Assembly: GCF_000196355.1 (NCBI RefSeq) | Contig: NC_007614.1 | Span: 210,001 to 242,000 of the forward strand | Source: Nitrosospira multiformis ATCC 25196 | GTDB lineage: Bacteria > Pseudomonadota > Gammaproteobacteria > Burkholderiales > Nitrosomonadaceae | Reading direction: 5' to 3' | Length of the DNA stretch: 32,000 nucleotides | Shown here: one piece after another, positions 27,386 through 32,000 of the stretch | Numbering within the stretch: the stretch's first letter is position 1 | Layout of the letters: each line of letters opens with the position of its first letter | The notes under the pieces: model-generated | Told to the model about the DNA's origin: nothing | What the model saw: the letters and a program-made list of their open reading frames with translations, nothing else | The model's database searches: none | Made by a program: the position numbers and the translations under genes

Positions 27386-28770
27386 CAATTCTCCGGAGAT
27401 TCTGCACGCTTGAATCTTGCACGTCCCGCCAGCCAGACCAGAACCAGCACCGGCAGGCCGAGCAGCGCCGTGCCGGTAAAGAAGCTGGCATAACCGTAAG
27501 CATCCACGAAGTCTCCGCTGAATCCGGCGATAAATTTCGGCAATAGCAGCATCACTGAGCTGAACAGGGCGTATTGGGTAGCGGAATAGGCGGAATTGGT
27601 CAGCCCGGAAAGATAAGCGATAAAAGCGGAGGATGCTATGCCGGCGGAGAGATTGTCCGCCGATACGGTGAAGATCAGGCCGGTCAAGTCATGCCCGCGC
27701 GCCGCCAGCCAGACAAACAGCAGATTGGTGGTCGCGGACAAAATCGCTCCCAGAAACAGTGTGCGCATGATGCCGATTTTTGCTGTCAGAACGCCACCCA
27801 GCGCTGCGCCCGCGATAGTCATGAGGACGCCATAGACCTTGGAAACCGTCGCCACCTCATCTTTCGTATACCCCATGTCGACGTAGAAAGGGTTGCTCAT
27901 GACGCCCATTACCACGTCGGAAATGCGGTAGACCGCGATCAGGGCGAGAATCAGCAGGGCCTGCCCCCCATAGCGGACAATAAAGTCTCGGAAGGGGGCG
28001 ATCACGGCTCCATACAGCCAGGCCAGCATCTGCTTGAGTGCCGCGCTGATCCGCCAATGCGCAATGGCGGCTCGCGCGCGATCTTCATTTTCTGAAATCA
28101 GGCGGGTGAAAGGAACCTCCGGCTCGCGGATGATGAGGGTAGTGATGATCCCCACCGACATGCAGGCGGCCATGCTCAGGTAAGCGATACGCCAGGTCGC
28201 GTAGTCGTAGATATCCGCTGATGAGCCTGCGGCGGCGGCTATCCACAGCGCGCCGGCGGAAGCCAGAATCATTGCCAGCCGATACCCTGCTTGGTAGGTC
28301 GCGGCCATTGCCCCCTGGAGCCTGGGTGCCACCGCCTCGATCCGGTATGCATCCAGGGCAATATCCTGGGTTGCGGAGGCGAAGGCCGCCGCCAGGGCAA
28401 AAAAGACTGTATGCGAAAGGTTTCGGAGTGGATCGGTAAGCGCGATGCCGATGAGGGCAAGCGCGATAACGATTTGTGACAATAAAAGCCATGCGCGGCG
28501 CCGGCCCAGCCATTGTGTCAGTAATGGCAAAGGCAGGCGATCCACGAGTGGGGACCACATCCATTTGAAGCCGTAAGCCAGCCCGATCCAGCTCAGATGG
28601 CCGATGGTGGAACGGTCGATTCCCGCTTCCCGCAGCCAGAAGGAAAGCGTGCCCATCACCAGGAGCAGGGGCAATCCCGCCGAGAAGCCGAGAGACAGCA
28701 TTCCCAGCACGCGGGGGTGGGTATAGATGCGAAAAGCGTGCAGCCAGCTCGAAAGGGTAGCTGGCATCAT
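27385..28770 (-). CDS. ampG: AmpG-family MFS muropeptide permease
   Basis: The protein is polytopic (about 12-14 TM helices) and carries the AmpG signature LGFSAGLPLLLV near the N-terminus. Confidence 0.85.
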   Translation of the reverse strand: MMPATLSSWLHAFRIYTHPRVLGMLSLGFSAGLPLLLVMGTLSFWLREAGIDRSTIGHLSWIGLAYGFKWMWSPLVDRLPLPLLTQWLGRRRAWLLLSQIVIALALIGIALTDPLRNLSHTVFFALAAAFASATQDIALDAYRIEAVAPRLQGAMAATYQAGYRLAMILASAGALWIAAAAGSSADIYDYATWRIAYLSMAACMSVGIITTLIIREPEVPFTRLISENEDRARAAIAHWRISAALKQMLAWLYGAVIAPFRDFIVRYGGQALLILALIAVYRISDVVMGVMSNPFYVDMGYTKDEVATVSKVYGVLMTIAGAALGGVLTAKIGIMRTLFLGAILSATTNLLFVWLAARGHDLTGLIFTVSADNLSAGIASSAFIAYLSGLTNSAYSATQYALFSSVMLLLPKFIAGFSGDFVDAYGYASFFTGTALLGLPVLVLVWLAGRARFKRAESPEN

Positions 28771-28832
28771 TCTGGGGCAGTCATTCTGACGGGATTTCCG
28801 GCATTATCAGTGGTTCGCGGCAAGGCGTCGGA

Positions 28833-29612
28833 TCAGGCGGATAAGCTGTAATCGTAATCAATGATCAGCGGGGAATGATCGGAGAAACGCTCGGTCTTGT
28901 AAATCGAAACCGCGTTGGCCTTGCCCGCGATCCCGGGGGTGGCGATCTGATAATCGATGCGCCAGCCGACGTTCTTCGCCCAGGCCTGCCCGCGGTTGGA
29001 CCACCAGGTATACTGGTCCGGCTCCGGATTTATCCGGCGGAAGACATCAACGAATCCAAGCTCCTGAAACACATCGGTGAGCCAGGCGCGCTCCTGTGGC
29101 AGGAAGCCGGAATTCTTCTGATTGGAACGCCAATTCCTGAGATCGATTTCCTTGTGGGCGATGTTCCAGTCTCCGCACAAAATAATCTCGCTGCCGCATG
29201 CTGCCAGTTTCTCCAGCATGGGAAAAAATTGCTCCATGAAGAAATATTTGACGGCCTGCCGATGTTCACCCGCCGAACCGGACGGAAAATAGATCGAGAT
29301 GATGCTCAACTGCCCGAAATCGACGCGCAGGTAACGCCCCTCCGCATCGATCTCCGGTACACCGAGGCCCTCGGTCACGCCCCCCGGTTTCTGGCGTGTG
29401 TAAATGCCCACTCCGCTATATCCTCTTTTTTCAGCGCAGTGGAAGTAGCCGTGGTAGCCATCGGGGGAGACCACTTCTCCGGTAATATCGCCCACCTGAG
29501 CCTTGAGTTCCTGTACGCAGACGATATCCGCATCCTGCAAAGGCAGCCATCGGAAAAAACCCTTGTTGGCAGCAGAGCGTATTCCGTTGAGGTTAAGCGT
29601 TATAATTCGCAC
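28833..29612 (-). CDS. xthA: Exodeoxyribonuclease III (AP endonuclease)
   Basis: The start is GTG. Motifs present are [28 protein letters not shown] and the C-terminal SDHSPL. Confidence 0.9.
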   Translation of the reverse strand: MRIITLNLNGIRSAANKGFFRWLPLQDADIVCVQELKAQVGDITGEVVSPDGYHGYFHCAEKRGYSGVGIYTRQKPGGVTEGLGVPEIDAEGRYLRVDFGQLSIISIYFPSGSAGEHRQAVKYFFMEQFFPMLEKLAACGSEIILCGDWNIAHKEIDLRNWRSNQKNSGFLPQERAWLTDVFQELGFVDVFRRINPEPDQYTWWSNRGQAWAKNVGWRIDYQIATPGIAGKANAVSIYKTERFSDHSPLIIDYDYSLSA

Positions 29613-29635
29613 GTCGATTTCCCGAAGCCATTATC

Positions 29636-30322
29636 ATGTCCGATTTTCGAAAGGAGTTCATCGAGTTCGCCATCGGCCGGAATGTTCTGTGCTTTGGCGA
29701 ATTCCAAACCAAAGCAGGACGTATTTCGCCGTATTTTTTTAATGCGGGACTGTTCAACGATGGGGAATCTCTCGGAAAGCTGGGGCAATTTTACGCCAAA
29801 GCCATCCTTGCTGCCCAGCTTCCGTTTGACATGCTTTTCGGTCCCGCCTATAAGGGCATTCCACTCGTAAGTTCCATTGCCATCGCCCTGGCCGACGGGG
29901 GCAACAACTACCCCTTCTGTTTCAACCGCAAAGAGGCGAAAGACCACGGAGAAGGAGGAAATCTCGTGGGCGCTCCTCTCGCCGGGCGGGTGCTGATCGT
30001 GGATGATGTGATTTCCGCCGGCACATCGGTGCGGGAATCGGTCGAGTATATTCATGCCGCAGGTGCCACCCCCGCAGGGGTGGCCATCGCCCTGGACCGC
30101 ATGGAGCGGGGCAAAGGCGAGCTTTCCGCCGTGCAGGAAGTGCGCTGCATGTATGGAATTCCCGTCACGAGCATCGTCAATCTGGAAAACATTGTCGATT
30201 ACCTGCGTGAGCAGGGGAATCTGGCGCATCACCTGCCGGCTGTGGAGGAATATCGCGCCCGGTATTCCTCCAGAATGGTAGAACCGATTGAATGCGGAGG
30301 CGGCACTCCACGCGCGGGCTGA
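29636..30322 (+). CDS. pyrE: Orotate phosphoribosyltransferase
   Basis: It is collinear with E. coli PyrE (FIEFA...[19 protein letters not shown]). The PRPP-binding loop [13 protein letters not shown] is present. Confidence 0.93.
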   Translation: MSDFRKEFIEFAIGRNVLCFGEFQTKAGRISPYFFNAGLFNDGESLGKLGQFYAKAILAAQLPFDMLFGPAYKGIPLVSSIAIALADGGNNYPFCFNRKEAKDHGEGGNLVGAPLAGRVLIVDDVISAGTSVRESVEYIHAAGATPAGVAIALDRMERGKGELSAVQEVRCMYGIPVTSIVNLENIVDYLREQGNLAHHLPAVEEYRARYSSRMVEPIECGGGTPRAG

Positions 30323-30329
30323 GGGTTTT

Positions 30330-30803
30330 TTACCGGGCCCCCTCCGCCGGCAGGGCGGGGAGTGTGATTTCACCCTTTACATCAAAATGGCGGCCGATGG
30401 CAAAGCCCGGCGCACCCAGCTGGCCCCGCAATTCGTAATCGGTCTTTCGGTGATCCCCCGCAGTCAGACGGAATGCATGACGAATGATAGCGGTGGCAGG
30501 AACCGTTACCGGAACAATGATGACCGTTTCGCCAAAGCGGGGAATCGTGCCCTGCTGATCGCTTACTCCGCTGGCAAACCTCATTCCACGCACATCCAGG
30601 TCGAGCGCAACGCCATCATAGTCCAGCGGAACCGCGCCATGGTTCTGGATTCTCAGGCTGACTGCAAAGCGCGCTTCCATGCCTTTTCCTTCAAGAGGCT
30701 CAAGCCCGGCCACGGAGATTCGCAACGGCTCCTGCGGCCTGAGACCCGCACACGCGGAAAGGCAAAAAATCAGGGCTGATATGACCAGTACGCTTCGTCT
30801 CAT
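30330..30803 (-). CDS. LEA type 2 / WHy-domain lipoprotein (LEA14-like)
   Basis: It has a signal peptide with lipobox (FCLSAC). The beta-rich body has the pattern typical of bacterial LEA_2 proteins (F.V.LRIQN.G..PL.......LDL.VRG). Confidence 0.6.
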   Translation of the reverse strand: MRRSVLVISALIFCLSACAGLRPQEPLRISVAGLEPLEGKGMEARFAVSLRIQNHGAVPLDYDGVALDLDVRGMRFASGVSDQQGTIPRFGETVIIVPVTVPATAIIRHAFRLTAGDHRKTDYELRGQLGAPGFAIGRHFDVKGEITLPALPAEGAR

Positions 30804-30928
30804 GGTTCCACCCGTTTGGCAACGGGAAGATCATACCGAATATTTCATTTTGCGAGTTCACTGCCTGCACGCATTTTTATTCTGTTGAGCGTGCTCATCG
30901 GAGATTGGAGACAGGGGAAGGGGGAGGT

Positions 30929-30958
30929 TTGCGGTGCATACGGGCTTTAGGCTATCAT
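30929..30958 (+). promoter_or_regulatory. Candidate sigma70 promoter for rnpB
   Basis: The motif is TTGCGG (30929-30934), an 18-nt spacer, then TATCAT (30953-30958). The mature-looking 5' end GAAGCUGG at 30965 lies 7 nt downstream. Confidence 0.45.
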
Positions 30959-30964
30959 TGCACC

Positions 30965-31263
30965 GAAGCTGGCCAGACAGTCGCTGCCTGTCCTCGGTGA
31001 CGAGTGCAGGGAGAGGAAAGTCCGGGCTCCGCAGAGCAGGATGCCGGTTAACGGCCGGCCGCCGTAAGGTGAGGAACAGGGCCACAGAGACGAGCGTATT
31101 AAGTTACGGTGAAACGCGGTAACCTCCATCCGGAGCAAGACCAAATAGGCAGGCGATGATGCTGCTCGCTGAGCCTGCGGGTAGGTTGCTTGAGCGTGCG
31201 GGTGACTGCACGCCTAGAGGAATGACTGTCCTTGACAGAACCCGGCTTATCGGCCAGCTTCTT
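30965..31263 (+). ncRNA. rnpB: RNase P RNA (bacterial type A), compact form
   Basis: P1 is GAAGCTGGCCAG...CGGCCAGCTTC. Universally conserved blocks are present: GAGGAAAGTCCGGGCTCC (CR-I/P4), CCGGAGCAAG.CCAAATAGG, TGCTTGAG and ACAGAACCCGGCTTATCGG (CR-V/P4). It is collinear with E. coli M1 RNA as I recall it. Confidence 0.92.
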
Positions 31264-31502
31264 TCCTCAATTTCTGATAGTTCTCACTCCATGAAGGCGA
31301 AAGCGACGACCCGCCGATTGGAGGTTCCCTGCATGTTCCAGGTAGCAGAAAACAGCAAAAATATCTCCCTCGCCATCCTTCCGCAGCTTGTTATGTGAAC
31401 ATTCTCTGTTTCCTTTTCCGGACAGGTTTGTTATACAATCGGCGATTGCTCCCGCTTGCGCGGGGCGTCAGATTAAATTGCGGACACAAAACCGGAGATA
31501 TT

Positions 31503-32000
31503 ATGAAGAAAATTTTTGAGTGGGCTGCCGGGCTGGCAGGGGCTATGATGATAGCTCTCGTCGTTGTTCCCGCCCATGCACAACTCATGCTTGCGCATGA
31601 AGGCCACCATTCAGGCGATTGTGCCATCAAATCGGGCGCCTTTCCTGTATCCTTCAGCGCCTATGAGAAGCCCAAGGGCGAGCTTCCGCCCACTCATGCC
31701 TATTGCGACCATGTTCCCGAAACCGGGGAGTTGTATTTCACCGTGGACCTGACCGATCCCGAATCCCGCGAAATTCCCATCGCGATGCGCCTGGTAATGG
31801 AAGGGCATGGAGAGGGGGGGCATGAAATCATGTCGATACCTGCCAAACCCTACCCTTCCGGAAGCATTACGTTTACCGTAAACCTGGAAGAACTGGGGCA
31901 GTACGCGTTGCTGCTGGAAACCGAGAAGGACGGTAAGATGACTCCCGCGGTACGCATTCCCGTACATGTAGGGGGAGGTGGCGGCCATGATGGACACGGC
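31503..32000 (+). CDS. Secreted His-rich hypothetical protein, 5' part (ORF runs off the window end and is absent from the supplied ORF track)
   Basis: A hand translation gives 166 codons with no stop. The sequence is MKKIFEWAAGLAGAMMIALVVVPAHA|QLMLAHEGHHSGDCAIKSG...VHVGGGGGHDGHG. SD GGAG lies 7 nt upstream of the ATG. The signal peptide has an AHA-Q cleavage site, and the body has a beta-strand-like alternation pattern. Confidence 0.6.
   Translation, partial: MKKIFEWAAGLAGAMMIALVVVPAHAQLMLAHEGHHSGDCAIKSGAFPVSFSAYEKPKGELPPTHAYCDHVPETGELYFTVDLTDPESREIPIAMRLVMEGHGEGGHEIMSIPAKPYPSGSITFTVNLEELGQYALLLETEKDGKMTPAVRIPVHVGGGGGHDGHG

Noticed and set aside
31156-31398. An 80-aa ORF (+), together with 30934..31122 (+), 30947..31144 (-) and 30858..31085 (-).
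   Set aside because: All overlap the RNase P RNA gene, whose conserved blocks explain the sequence.
31611-31997. A 128-aa ORF on the minus strand at the window end.
   Set aside because: It is antisense to the better-supported open-ended plus-strand ORF (SD, signal peptide, 166 codons without a stop). It has no SD and its composition is typical of a shadow frame.

Overview
This window looks like a core-chromosome segment of a moderately GC-rich (about 54%) proteobacterium. Gene content suggests a betaproteobacterium: split gcvPA/gcvPB, T. ferrooxidans-type gshA, metXW and an EIIA-HPr-EI regulatory PTS. That placement is inference only. About 26 protein genes are tightly packed. They are kup (3' part), a CHASE-PAS-PAS-GGDEF-EAL c-di-GMP protein, sbcDC, a membrane-anchored cytochrome c, apaH, a PlsC-like acyltransferase, a minus-strand glycine-cleavage operon with extra genes, an ExeA-like ATPase with a SPOR domain, gshA-gshB, EIIA-ptsH-ptsI, metX-metW, ampG, xthA, pyrE and a LEA_2 lipoprotein. 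RNA features are tRNA-Arg(CCG), a tandem glycine riboswitch with its own terminator, and RNase P RNA (rnpB). I found no integrase, transposase, CRISPR array, toxin-antitoxin pair or recognisable defence island, and no convincing novel multi-gene system. The leads worth a second look are smaller. (1) An orphan ExeA-type AAA+ ATPase is fused through a membrane helix and a low-complexity linker to a SPOR domain. (2) An open-ended ORF for a secreted His-rich protein at 31503..>32000 is missing from the supplied ORF track. (3) The rnpB is about 300 nt and appears to lack the P13/P14 region. (4) tpx splits gcvPA from gcvPB within a riboswitch-controlled operon. (5) The gcv/exeA-like divergent intergenic region is repeat-rich. 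(6) The metX leader carries a Met-rich uORF and a terminator-like hairpin that abuts the start codon. Six antisense ORFs of about 250-470 aa are explained as codon-aligned shadows of real genes.
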